The notes beneath the pieces were generated by a model. It was not told the DNA's origin and searched no databases. It saw only the letters and a program-made list of their open reading frames with translations. This document shows, piece by piece, positions 1 through 12,950 of a DNA stretch of 64,000 nt. The stretch's first letter is position 1, and each line of letters starts with the position of its first letter. The DNA comes from Octopus sinensis (lineage: Eukaryota), in contig NW_021833040.1 of assembly GCF_006345805.1 (NCBI RefSeq), positions 1 to 64,000 of the forward strand, written 5' to 3'. A program made the translations under genes and the position numbers.

Positions 1-159
1 TCAATGGCCGGCCTTGTCACTCTCTGTGTCACGCTGAATATCCCCGAGAACTACTTAAGGGTAAACGTGTCTGTGGAGCGCTCAGCCACTTACACGTTAA
101 TTTCACGAACAGGCTGTTCAACCGGACCCCCTCGTGTCGTAACCGACGGAGTGCTTCCA
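1..159 (+). mobile_element. SINE family A1, 3' part (cut by window edge)
   Basis: Matches the 3' body and tail (...taaccgacggagtgcttcca) of full copies at 3783 and 60940. Confidence 0.9.
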
Positions 160-416
160 CATATCCCCCCCCCCCCCAACACACACACAAATGCATGTAT
201 GCATGCATGATATGAAATGCAACGAAATACCACCTAGAATGCAGCTATCTGCCAGCTCAGAAAAGAAATAGAAATTTGCCCTACGTCTCATTTAAATTCA
301 GAAAGCAAACACCAAAGCATAAAAATACCAAAGGCATGATTTTGTTTTAGAATTCTGCAAATTCGTCACCTAATGTGACTTTTCCAGGTATCATTTCAGG
401 ATTCTTAGTGTTTTGC

Positions 417-794
417 TTACTCTTTTACTCTTTTACTTGTTTCAGTCATTTGACTGTGGCCATGCTGGAGCACCGCCTTTTAGTCGAGCAAATCGACCCC
501 GGGACTTATTCTTTGTAAGCCCAGTACTTATTCTATCGGTTTCTTTTTGCCAAACCGCTAAGTGACGGGGAAGTAAACACACCAGCATCGGTTGTCAAGC
601 AATGCTAGGGGGACAAACACAGACACACAAACACACACATACATATACATACATATATACGACAGGCTTCTTTCAGTTTCCGTCTACCAAATCCACTCAC
701 AAGGCTTTGGTCGGCCCGAGCCTATAGAAGAAGACTGAACCCGGAACCGTGTGGTTGGTAAGCAAAATACTTACCACACAGCCACTCCTGCGCC
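417..794 (-). mobile_element. SINE family B (tRNA-like head, CORE-like CCTTGGGCAAG box, internal microsatellite), with short internal deletion
   Basis: Reverse complement of head ggcgcaggagtggctgtgtggtaag and tail ...gactgaaacaagtaaaagag; more than 10 copies in the window. Confidence 0.9.
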
Positions 795-900
795 TATTAC
801 ATATATATATATATAAACAAAAAATTCAGGGTGAATACTTGATAAATGTAAGCACCTGTATATGCCAGTTAGTGGTGTAGATGATAGAGTATATTTATCT

Positions 901-1060
901 AAAGAAGAACAGGATGCAAAGGATTTAGCGGTACATATGTTTCTGGCTTTATTGGACAGGCTAGTGACATACATGTTACATCAATTATGCATTGATATAA
1001 AATGTCCAATAAAGCCAGAAACCTATATACCGCTAAATCCTTTGCATCCTGTTTTTCTTT
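901..1060. repeat. Inverted repeat, ~58-bp arms, abutting (TA)n
   Basis: 901-958 is the reverse complement of 1003-1060 with about 3 mismatches. Confidence 0.9.
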
Positions 1061-1775
1061 TGATATATATATATATATATATTATATATAAATATATATA
1101 TATATAGACATAGACATATATATATATATACACACACCACACATATATATACACACATATATATACACATACACACACACATATATATATATAATCACAC
1201 ACATACATATATATAATCACACACATACATATATATATACACACACATACATATATATATACACACACATACATATATATATATACACACACATACATAT
1301 ATATATATACACACACATACATATATATATACACACACACACATATATATATACACACACACATATATACACACACACACATATATATACACACACACAC
1401 ATATATATACACACACACACACATATATACACACACACACATATATACACACACACACATATATACACACACACACACATATATACACACACATATATAT
1501 ACACACACAAACATATATACATACACACATACATATATACACACACACACATATATACACACACATACATATATACACACACATACATATATACACACAC
1601 ATATATACACACACATACATATATACACACCCACATACATATATACACACACACACATATATACACACACATACATATATACACACACACATACATATAT
1701 ACACACACACACATACATATATACACACACACACATACATATATACACACACACACATACATATATACACACACC

Positions 1776-1806
<31 letters not shown>
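1061..1806. repeat. Compound (TA)n/(CA)n microsatellite with ~20-24 bp higher-order units
   Basis: Direct inspection. Confidence 0.97.
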
Positions 1807-2465
1807 AGCACAATTAAATGTGATACACCTAATTCAGGGATAGGAAGACCCTATGAAAGTACTGGTTAAGTACTTATACAGAGGGAATCGAACATCCTAT
1901 TTAATGCTCCACTGCAATGTTACTATATAAACTGTGGTGTATATTGTATTGATTATAATATTAAAGTAATTAACAAATTATTATTTATTAATAAGTTGAG
2001 AAACATCTCTTACAGCTGCTTGTTTTAAGAGTCTCAGAAAATTTATTTAAATTGAAAATTATTTCAAAGTCGAATCTCTTCAGAAGTAGATAAAGTTATA
2101 CAAATTAGGTATCCAATTTGCTCATGTTGAATATACGTCTGCAAACCGTTAAAAGATAAGGGTTTGCTGCCGTTTACTCAACATGAGGAAATGGAACACA
2201 TATATTGTGTACTTTTATCTACCCCTGAAGATATTCGACATTCAAATAATTATAAATTTAATTACTTTATTTTCTGAAACATGAAACAGCTGTAAGGGAT
2301 GATTGACAATATTTTATTTAATATTAATTACCTTATCTTTCTATTCCCTCATCTTATTACATACTTATATATATGTATATATATACACATCCATATCCTT
2401 ATATACAAAAACATACATATGTATTTACCTATATATGTATATATGTATATGCATATATGTATATG

Positions 2466-2660
2466 TATGATAGATCGTTAGCCACTACACACATTTTCTC
2501 TCCTTGTTTTTTCTGTGTCCCTTTCTGTAGATGAGCGTAGGCTCGAAACGTAAAAGACTTTTCCTATTCCTGAGCGTTATACTTATACATCTGTTTGTTT
2601 TGTAAACAACCTGTCTTCGTCTTTTATTCTTTTTCGTAAACTCTCCCTCTCTATATATAT
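2466..2660 (+). mobile_element. Short Penelope-like (pLTR-type) non-autonomous element between TA-rich tracts
   Basis: Contains a hammerhead-like motif and shares downstream tcctgagcgt with the 41640 element; pyrimidine-rich and TA-anchored. Confidence 0.45.
2521..2556 (+). ncRNA. Minimal type-I hammerhead ribozyme-like motif (core CUGUAGA variant)
   Basis: CTTT-CTGTAGA-T-GAGC-gtag-GCTC-GAAAC-GTA-AAAG: stem I, stem II and palindromic ACGU stem III all present. Confidence 0.55.
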
Positions 2661-2999
2661 ATATAATATATATATAGACAATATTAAAAATAAGTATTAC
2701 TCTGAAGTAACCATATCATTACCTTTAATTCTATAAATATACACCGCCTTTTAAGGCCAAGATTTTTCAATTACACCGAGTAGTAATCGTTGCAATTGCA
2801 ACCCTATCATAAAACGGAGCAGTCTCATCAGGGTCCTAAGTTGATATCCCTCGGTATGGCCGTTCAGTGATGTTCTGTTATAAACTCGGCGTTCTATAAT
2901 GTAGATTTTCCCCTTAAGTCAAACGTAAGCAATATCTATGTCATGTTCTTAAAGGGTAATAATTTTCAGTCCGTCATTTTAAAACCTTGTATAGTATAA

Positions 3000-3156
3000 G
3001 GCGCATGAGTGGCTGTGTGGTAAGTAGCTTGCTTACCAACCACATTGTTCCGAGTTCAGTCCCCTACGTGGCATCTTTAGTAAATGTCTTGTGCTATAGC
3101 CTCGGGCCGAGCCATGTGAGTGGATTTGGTAGACGGAAAATGAATGAAGCCTGTCG

Positions 3157-3231
<75 letters not shown>

Positions 3232-3446
3232 ATGTGTTTGTCCTGTGTTTGTCCCCCTAGCATTGCTTGGCAACCGATACTGGTGTGATTACGACCCCGT
3301 CACTTAGCGGTTCGGCAAAAGAGATCGATAGAAGAAGTACTGGGCTTACAAAGAATAAGTCCCGGAGTCAAATTGCTCAATTAAAGGCGGTGCTCCAGCA
3401 CGGCCGAAGTCAAATGACTGAAACAAGTAAAACAGTAAAGAGAGTA
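3000..3446 (+). mobile_element. SINE family B, near full length
   Basis: Head, internal (TA)n(TG)n and tail all match the family. Confidence 0.92.
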
Positions 3447-3782
3447 TATATGATAATTGCTGAGTTATATTTGACAAATATAAATGTCTTCATGCGCAAC
3501 CAATTCCATGCTTGCTCTTGTCTAGAATTTATTACGTTACCCTAGGATGAGATAATCCTGCCAAATTCTCCTAAACATAAGAGAAATCTATTTGTTCCAG
3601 GTCTGTATGGAACAAATTAACTGTTCTTGAAAGACTAGATTAATTTGCTGAGACCTGTTTGGAACCTTTTGTGTTCGTCCTTAATGAACTCAAATGATTT
3701 GCCATTCTCCTCTCGTAAATCAATGCTGTCCCACCGATGTCATTTCCTTACCCTGAGATGTAACTATACATCTATATCACAA

Positions 3783-4155
3783 TGGAGGCGCAATGGCCAA
3801 GTGGTTAGGGCAGCAGACTCGCGGTCGTAGGATCGCAGTTTCGATTCCCAGACCGGGTGTTGTGAGTGTTTATTGAGCGAAAACACCTAAAACTCCACGA
3901 GGCTCCGGCAGGGGATGGTGGTGATCCCTGCTGTACTCTTTGACCACAACTTTCTCTCACTCTTACTTCCTGTTTCTGTTGTACCTGTATTTCAAGGGGC
4001 CGGCCTTGTGACTCTCTGTGTCACGCTGAATATCCCCGAGAACTACGTTAAGGGTAAACGTGTCTGTGGAGTGCTCAGCCACTTACACGTTAATTTCACG
4101 AACAGGCTGTTCAACCGGAACCCTCGTCGTCGTCGTAACCGACGGAGTGCTTCCA
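3783..4155 (+). mobile_element. SINE family A1, full length
   Basis: tRNA-like head tggaggcgcaatggccaagtggttagggcagc...ttcgattcc (A and B boxes) and A1 tail. Confidence 0.92.
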
Positions 4156-4412
4156 CATATCCCCCCCCCACCCCCCACACACACACAAATGCATGTATGC
4201 ATGATATGAAATGCAACGAAATACCACCTAGAATGCAGCTATCTGCCAGCTCAGATAAAAGAAATAGAAATTTGCCCTACGTCTCATTTAAATTCAGAAA
4301 GCAAACACCAAAGCATAAATACCACAAGGCATGATTTTGTTTTAGAATTCTGCAAATTCGTCACCTAAATGTGACTTTTCCAGGTATCATTTCAGGATTC
4401 TTAGTGTTTTGC

Positions 4413-4813
4413 TTACTCTTTTACTCTTTTACTTGTTTCAGTCATTTGACTGTGGCCATGCTGGAGCACCGCCTTTTAGTCGAGCAAATCGACCCCGGGA
4501 CTTATTCTTTGTAAGCCCAGTACTTATTCTATCGGCTTCTTTTTGCCAAACCGCTAAGTGACGGGGAAGTAAACACACCAGCATCGGTTGTCAAGCAATG
4601 CTAGGGGGACAAACACAGACACACAAACACACACATACATCTACATACATATATACGACAGGCTTCTTTCAGTTTCCGTCTACCAAATCCACTCACAAGG
4701 CATTGGTCGGCCCGGGGCTTTAGCAGAAGACACTTGCCCAAGATGCCACGCAGTGGGACTGTACCCGGAACCATGTGGTTGGTTAGCAAGCTACTTACCA
4801 CACAGCCACTCCT
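4413..4813 (-). mobile_element. SINE family B
   Basis: Family match on the minus strand. Confidence 0.92.
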
Positions 4814-5229
4814 GGTTGTGTATAAAAACAACATATATTTTGTATTTGGGTGAATACATTCGTGAAATATTTTAAATTGTGTCCACATTCTTTTCTATAG
4901 ATGTTCGCCCCTATCAGCTGTTACTTCCATCATTTTATTATGCGCTTCTGAATTTTCATACGTATTGCTACGTACTTTCATGCTATGTAGTTTGATTGTT
5001 GCATACGCGCATGTTATTCCGTCTATTTTAGTGAATATATTCCTGGAATATTCATACCACTTTCTTTTCTATAAATGTATTCACCGATCTGCTTTCATTC
5101 CATCATTATGATTTTTCTAAGTATTCCAATATATTTTATTGTTATTGTTTAGTATCTATGCTGTTCATGCGCAAATTTTTACTTCGTGGAATATTCTAAA
5201 TGGTGTTCAACTTCTGGAAGTGTGCTTTC

Positions 5230-5518
5230 TATTCTATCGGTGTCTTTTTGCGGAACCGCTAAGTGACGGAGACATAAACACACCAGCATCGGTTGTCAAG
5301 CAATGCTAGGGGGACAAACACAGACACACAAACAAACGCACACACACACACATATATTATATATTATATATATATATATATATACATATGTACGACGGGC
5401 TTCTTTCAGTTTTCGTCTACCAAATCCACTCAGAACGCTTTGGTCGGCCCGAGGCTATAGTAGAAGACACTTGCCCAAGGTGCCACGCAGTGGGACTGAA
5501 CCCGGAACCATGTGGTTT
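5230..5518 (-). mobile_element. SINE family B, partial
   Basis: Central part of the family only. Confidence 0.88.
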
Positions 5519-5538
5519 GATCTTTTAATATTTTTATT

Positions 5539-5580
<42 letters not shown>

Positions 5581-5669
5581 GCGGGTCTAAATTGAGTTTC
5601 TTCACTACACAGCTATGTCTGGCCCGTGTCTATGGCAAGAAAAAATGTTTGTCGAAATTTGTGATGTTA

Positions 5670-5867
5670 TACACAGACACAAACACACACATATATATAT
5701 ACATATATACGACGGGGTTCTTACAGTTTTCATCTACAAAGTCCACTCACAAGGCTTTGGTCGGCCCGAGGCTATATATATCTTGCCCAAGATGCCACGC
5801 AGTGGGATTGAACCCGGAACCATGTGGTTGGTAAACAAGCTACTTACCAAACAGCCATTCCTGCGCC
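5670..5867 (-). mobile_element. SINE family B, 5' half
   Basis: Head through the microsatellite. Confidence 0.88.
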
Positions 5868-6257
5868 TTGTATATTTGTTTGTGTATTTCTATATGTTTT
5901 CAAGTTTGTTTAGAATTAGTAATGTTACTATATATTTGTGTTACTCTCTTCTACACATGTTTCTCCGTGTAGATATATATATATGTAAGTGTGCATATGC
6001 ATGTGTGTGTTTGTGTGTGTGTGTGTGTGTGACATGATGTGCGTTTGAGTGCATATATATATAATTATCGGGAAAGAAACTTTGAAAGAAACAAAAATAA
6101 AATGACTCTGGACATTATTTCGTATTTGGACGGACTTAATTTCTCATCTGATTTACGACTGTTCTCTTTCCTATCTTCAACAACTTAAGTGCTTATCACG
6201 AAATATTCGACAAGGGGGGACATATCAGTCGAAATGTAATAATTCCGGAAAATATTT

Positions 6258-6268
6258 CCACCACTACC

Positions 6269-6300
<32 letters not shown>

Positions 6301-6403
6301 CAACAACAAAAACTGTAACAATAACATCACCCATCACGGCCATAACAACCGCCACCACTCAACCACCACAACTAATAATACACCCAACAGCACCACCAAC
6401 AAC

Positions 6404-6435
<32 letters not shown>

Positions 6436-6450
6436 CACTGTTGCTGCTGG
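6258..6450. repeat. Compound trinucleotide repeat (CAC/CAA/TAC)
   Basis: Direct inspection. Confidence 0.92.
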
Positions 6451-6577
6451 CTGTAGTAATAATCTAAATAAAATTATAAGAATATTTTTTTAAACGAGAA
6501 TTATCACAATAACATAGTAAGAAAATAATAATTGTAAAAAAGAATAAGACCGATACCAATAATAGTAATGGAGAATA

Positions 6578-6579
6578 AC

Positions 6580-6612
<33 letters not shown>

Positions 6613-7369
6613 GGTGGTGATATCTCTGCGGTTACTGTTGCTGCTGCTGCTGTCGCTGCTGCTGTCACTGCTACTGCTGCTGCCGTTGATGATGAGGTTG
6701 ATTGGGAGAATGACGACGAACGCGATGTGGTGGTGATGAGAAGATGATGGTGATGATGATGATGATGATCATGATGTTGATGACGATGATGTTGATGACG
6801 ATGAAGATAATGGTAATGATGACGACGATGATGATAATGACGATGATGATGACGATGATGATGATGACAATGACGATGATGATGACGATGATGATGATGA
6901 CAATGATGACGATGATGATGTCGACGATGATGATGACAATGATGATACCGATGATGTCGACGATGATGACGATGAAGTTAATGGTAATGATGACGACGAT
7001 GATAATGACGATCATGATGACGATGATGATGGTGATGGTGATGATGATGTCGACGATGATGACGATGATGACGATGATGTCGACGATGATGACGACGACG
7101 ACGATGATGTCGACGATGATGACGACGACGACGACGATGACGACGACGACGACGATGTCGACGATGATGACGACGACGACGACGATGTCGACGATGATGA
7201 CGACGACGACGACGATGTCGACGATGATGACGACGACGACGACGATGTCGACGATGATGACGACGACGACGACGATGTCGACGATGATGACGACGACGAC
7301 GACGATGTCGACGATGATGACGACGACGACGACGATGTCGACGATGATGACGACGACGATGTCGACGAT

Positions 7370-7401
<32 letters not shown>

Positions 7402-7848
7402 TGTCGACGATGATGACGACGACGACGACGACGACGATGATGACGACGACGACGACGATGTCGACGATGATGACGACGACGACGACGATGTCGACGATGA
7501 TGACGACGACGACGACGATGTCGACGATGATGACGACGACGACGACGATGTCGACGATGTCGACGACGACGACGACGACGATGTCGACGACGACGACGAC
7601 GATGTCGACGACGACGACGACGACGATGTCGACGACGACGACGACGACGATGTCGACGACGACGACGACGACGATGTCGACGACGACGACGACGACGATG
7701 TCGACGACGACGACGACGACGACGACAACGACGACGATGATGATGCTGATGATGTCGATGATGATGTCGACGATGATGATGATAATGACGATGATGACGA
7801 TGATGAATACGATTTCGACGTTGATGATGGTGACGATGATGATGATAG
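6578..7848. repeat. Compound GAT/GGT/GCT then (GAT/GAC)n repeat with a 30-bp higher-order unit gtcgacgatgatgacgacgacgacgacgat
   Basis: Direct inspection; many GTCGAC sites at ~30 and then ~21-24 bp spacing. Confidence 0.95.
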
Positions 7849-9556
7849 CAGCGACAAAATCTTTTCTAGGAATAACTTTATCCTAACCGAAACCATGATT
7901 GCGTGTTTGTAACACTCTGACACTTTAATGCAGATATTGGCTGTGAGATGTTGCACTAACGTCTTTTGTTCTGGAATTATCTACAATAATTTCTAAATTT
8001 TACACCTCCAGAAACTATAGTATTAGATATTTTTTGTGTTCTTTTAGTGTTATTTCTATGTTTTATTATTTATTCTTTCCTGCTTGGCCGATTAGTTATC
8101 ACGTGTCAACAACATGTGCTGCAACATACGATTGTCGTCAGAGCAGGATCTTAACCTTTTACACATCCTTTGGAAAACTTCGCAGAGAGCAAAATTCTTT
8201 GTTCATAAAGAAGACCAATAACAATAACAGAATCTACAGCAAATATAATACTATCAAATCAATATATTAAGCGACATCTGGTCAATTTACGAAGAGTTTC
8301 GGAAAAGTGACCAGCCATTCAAAAGATTGTTATGTCAGTGACCTAAACAGATTACATAATTTTAATTGCTTTGTGCCAGTTCGCTGTAAATAGGTGGCCC
8401 CCACGTGTATAGAAATCTGATTTTCGCTCCTTCACCCCAGGTTAACATTGATCATGGAGTCCCGTAATCAAAGATATTCCTGCCATGACTTTAACTTCGT
8501 CATTTCACAAGGTGTGATATGAAAGAGATTCAGCTGTCGTTCCTAGCAAACAGAAGAAACAATCAAATGCTCCCTGTTTGAGCAGTAGTTAAGGTCACTA
8601 AAAATAGACAGTAAACAGATTTTAATTGGCATGTTTTATCAATTTGGAGTTATATAATTTTTGCACAATTCCTGTAGAAATAATCTGTGTGGGATATCAG
8701 TTACGACCACAAAAATTGTACTGGTGTCGACTTGCTCCAAGCTAAATTAAATAGGCAGATACATAACTACAGGCGTTTCAACCCTGACCATCCCCATGTT
8801 TTATTCGGATATAACGTATCTCGTACTCTAATACTTAATTTAACTACTTTACATTTCATGCCAAGAAGAAATAGGTGAGAGAAGAATATTTGTCTAGTAT
8901 TTATATCAGGATCCAACTTTGACTCGAATATTTTACTGTCATGTTGTAAGGTTTGTATATAGAATTTGTATACCAATATAGGATTTGTATACTAATATAG
9001 CAACAAAACTCATGTAGTAAACATCTTTAAAATATCTGTTTCGAAACTAAAATATTTGAACCAGGATCTCTGGCTTCTTTCTCGTTTATTGAAAACATGA
9101 GTTGAATGGAAGCAATATTTTCATGGTTTGCATTGATGTAGTTCTGTATATAAAGTCTGGAAAGTTCTGTGTACTTTCTAGCTGGTTTGCGAAAATCTAA
9201 GGCTGTAAGGCTGTGTGTGTTATTTCACATCAGGCCAATGCTGATCGATCAAGTTTATAAATCTTTCTGCTGCAGACAGAAGGATTGCAATTTTTCGATA
9301 TGGAAAGGGTTAGTCGATTACAGTGAACCTGGTATTTGTTTCATCGACACCGAAAAAATGCAAAGTCGTCTTCTGCTGAGTTTGAAGACAGTTAAGCTGA
9401 AAGAAATGCCGCTAAGCATTTCGTTCGGCGAACAAAATATTTCAACCTCTCACCACCTTGTAAAAAGCTCATAATAATGAAACACTTTATCAAGCATCAA
9501 CATTATCGGTTTTATTCAGTGATATCAATTTTGAGTGACATAATGTGCATAGTGGA

Positions 9557-9923
9557 TGGAAGCACTCCGTCGGTTACGACGACGAAGGTTGCGGTTCATC
9601 TGATCAACGGAACAGCCTGCTCGTGAGATTAACGTGTAAGTGGCTGAGCACTCCACAGACACGTGTACCCTTAACGTAGTTCTCGGGGATATTCAGCGTG
9701 ACACTGATTGTGAGAAGGCCGGCCCTTTGAAATACAGGTACAACAGAAACAGGAAGTAAGAGTGAGAGAAAGTTGTGGTGAAAGAGTACAGCAGGGATCA
9801 CCACCATCCCCTGTCGGAGCCCCGTGGAGCTTTAGGTGTTTTCGCTCAATAAACACTCACGACTCCCGGTCTGGGAATCGAAACCGCGATCCTACGAACG
9901 CGAGTCCGCTGCCCTAACCACTG
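9557..9923 (-). mobile_element. SINE family A1, slightly 5' truncated
   Basis: Reverse complement of the 3783 copy. Confidence 0.92.
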
Positions 9924-10704
9924 CATAGTAGCATCCAAATTAAGAAAGGTATTACAATGGAATATAAGTTTTTTAAAAATAGTGTGAGAAGTCATAACGC
10001 CACTAGACTTTGTGTTTGGTACGATTTGATGTCAGTGTTTGATGTATGTGATGTGATAACGAAACTATGTGAGTTTTGTTTGTATGATGCGTATGATCTT
10101 GAGCGTTGGTGTATGGCTCAACGGAATAAAAACTACGAGCGTTAGTGCTATGATGTATATAATGTTGGCTTCTAATCTATGTCTATGCGATCTTTGTACA
10201 CGCCATTTATAATGATCAGACATCAATTCTGTAAAAAAAAAAAATTATTAAATAAAAAAAAAATATTCAGATTATATCAATGAGTTACATTTCAATGACC
10301 TTCCACCAATATTCATCCTGTTCTTATATAATGGAAAAAAAAATCATCTATTTCATCTTCCGGAAATATTGTATTTTTACGGAGATATGAACATCCACAT
10401 TAATTCCCCTGTATTATATATCTTTGCCCCTTCACTCTAATCACAAGAAATACATAAATCTAGTAAATATACACACCAGTAATTACTAAGCTTCTTTGGT
10501 GGAGAAGAAGTGCGAAAATCTTTGGCGAATTGATACTAATAATACCGTATATTTTCTTTAAATACTGGGAAACTAGTATTATGCTTTGAATTCTTAGTCG
10601 GCGTACAGCTCACTTCACTTAAGTGTGTTAATACACACGCAAGAAAAAAAAATGTTACGAACTCCACAGTATACCAAATATATTTCACACACACAGAGAC
10701 ACAC

Positions 10705-10738
<34 letters not shown>

Positions 10739-11117
10739 CCTAGGTAATGCCATACCGAGACAAATAAAGACTATGCAATGTAATGAAATTCTGTCCTCGT
10801 AGTGTTTAATAAACAAAGTTACATTTTCAAATAGAAGGATCAAAGGACGGGGAAATTAATTTATTGAATTCACAATTGGTTTATGAAAGACCAAATAGCG
10901 ACGGCGAAACCTTCAAGAGGAATGTACAATCAGTACTGATTTATGCATGCCATTAAGGCATTTCGGAATTCGATTTTAGATGGTCTGCTTGTTCATAGTT
11001 GTTGTTGTTGTTGCTCTAGTCTTTGAGCCACATATTGAAGCCTGATGAAGCAGATAAAGTCGTAGATTTACTTACCAACGTTTGAGTGAATATGGGTCTG
11101 TGTGTAGGAGTTTGCGT

Positions 11118-11135
11118 GTGTGTGTATGTGCGTGC

Positions 11136-11174
<39 letters not shown>

Positions 11175-11445
11175 TGTGTGTGAGAGAGAGAGAGAGTGTG
11201 AGAGGGAGAGAGCGTGTGAGAGGGAGAGAGTGTGTGTGTGTGAGAGGGAGAGAGTGTGTTTTTGTGAGAGGGAGTGTGTGTTGTGTGTGTGTGAGAGGGA
11301 GTGTGTGTCTGTGTGTGTGTGAGAGAGAGGGAGAGTGGGTGTGAGAGGGACAGAGTGTGCGTGAGAGAGAGGGAGTGTGTGTGTGTGTGAAAGGGAGAGA
11401 GAGAGAGAATGTGTGTGTGTGAGAGGGAGAGTGTGCGTGTGTACC
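11118..11445. repeat. Compound (GT)n/(GA)n microsatellite
   Basis: Direct inspection. Confidence 0.95.
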
Positions 11446-11887
11446 TGTTTTTGCTCTGTACTTTTATCTCATGAAAATTACTGGTTCGATAAAGTAAGTA
11501 GGGAGATCAATATGATTAACTAAATCCTTGAAGATGGTATTCAAAGACCGAGAATGTTAAAAAAAGAAAGTAATATACAAATAACGAAGTGGATGGTTAC
11601 GGCTGGAAAGTCTTTGTTAATATCTATAATTTGTCCGAGCTAAAACGAAAAGCACGCATGCAATGAAACATCAATGGTCATTTTCGTTTTCTAATAAAAA
11701 TAAAGTGAGTACCTACAAATGGATATTTGTACTTTTTAAATTTTGTGGAAGACACGCAGTTGTTCAAGAACAAACATTGCTGTTCTTCAAGTTGTTGATG
11801 TCGATGGAGAACATTTTTACTCAAAAGCCGATAACGGATTAGTGTCACCACACCACAAAACATCACCTCCTACACACTAACGATTCT

Positions 11888-12273
11888 TATTTCTTTACTA
11901 CCCACAAGGGGCTAAACACAGAGGGAACAAACAAGGACAGACAAACGGATTAAGTCGATTACATCGACCCCAGTGCGTAACTGGTACTTATTTAATCGAC
12001 CTCGAAAGGATGAAAGGCAAAATCGACCTCGGCGGAATTTGAACTCAGAACGTAGCGGCAGAGGAAATACCTATTTCTTTACTAAACACAGAGGGAACAA
12101 ACAAGGACAGACAAACGGATTAAGTCGATTACATCGACCCCAGTGCGTAACTGGTACTTATTTAATCGACCTCGATAGGATGAAAGGCAAAATCGACCTC
12201 GGCGGGATTTGAACTCAGAACGTAGCGGCAGACGAAATACCGCTCAGCATTTCGCCCGGCGTGCTAACAATTC
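11888..12273 (-). mobile_element. SINE family C (C1 tail), tandem dimer of the 3' unit
   Basis: Two ~175-bp near-identical units joined at gaaatacc|tatttcttt. Confidence 0.92.
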
Positions 12274-12559
12274 AGTCAGACCAACAGTAACACATGCTAC
12301 TTTGTATCGCTTGTGAACATATCTGCAGTAATGTTAATACCACTAGAATCTGAATTGAGGTCGATCAGTAACACATATGGCATGGTATTGTATCCTACGC
12401 TTTAACGTCTCTTACGCAGATGCATATTAAAATGCATAAGCATAATTATTGACATGCATGAACCACATGGAGGAAACTGAAGCAGAGCACATACGAGTTA
12501 ACCAACGATTTCTGGGTAACATTGCTTTGTAAACTATACAAAGGCCTTACTTCGCAGCC

Positions 12560-12719
12560 GCAGGGTTCCGGGTTCAGACCCACAGCGTGGCACCTTGGGC
12601 AAGTGTCTTCTACTATAGCCTCGGTATGACCAAAGCCATGTGAATGGTTTTAGTAATTGGAAAATGAAAGAAGCTCGTTGTATTTATATATCTATATATC
12701 TGTGTGCATATACATATAC

Positions 12720-12761
<42 letters not shown>

Positions 12762-12950
12762 ATATGTATGTGTGTGTTTTCTAGTTTGTGCTTACGTCCC
12801 CATAAACTAGTGGTTCAGCAAAAGAGACTGGTACAATAAATATCCGGCTTCAAAAAATGTACCGGGATCGATTAGGTCCACCAAACATTCCTCAAGGCGG
12901 TGCCCCAGCATGACCGCAGTCTAATGACTCAAACAAGTAAAGGAATATAA
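12560..12950 (+). mobile_element. SINE family B, diverged and 5' truncated
   Basis: gcaccttgggcaagtgtcttctactatagc ... aaacaagtaaa. Confidence 0.85.

Noticed and set aside
1023-1813. Long Y/I/C/V/M-rich ORFs here and at 19457-19918, 30067-30781 and 49640-50873
   Set aside because: They are translations of TA/CA microsatellites, which lack stop codons in several frames.
3783-3860. tRNA-like sequences (also other SINE heads)
   Set aside because: They have A/B boxes but run into SINE bodies and lack proper acceptor stems, so they are not tRNA genes.
3915-4334. Recurrent MVVIPAVL... ORF (also 9604, 15182, 61073) and MRNWYL.../MLGGQTQT... ORFs
   Set aside because: They are chance frames within SINE consensus sequences, not a gene family.
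6744-7956. 380-aa Met/Thr and 314-aa poly-Ser ORFs
   Set aside because: They are alternative frames of the GAT/GAC repeat.
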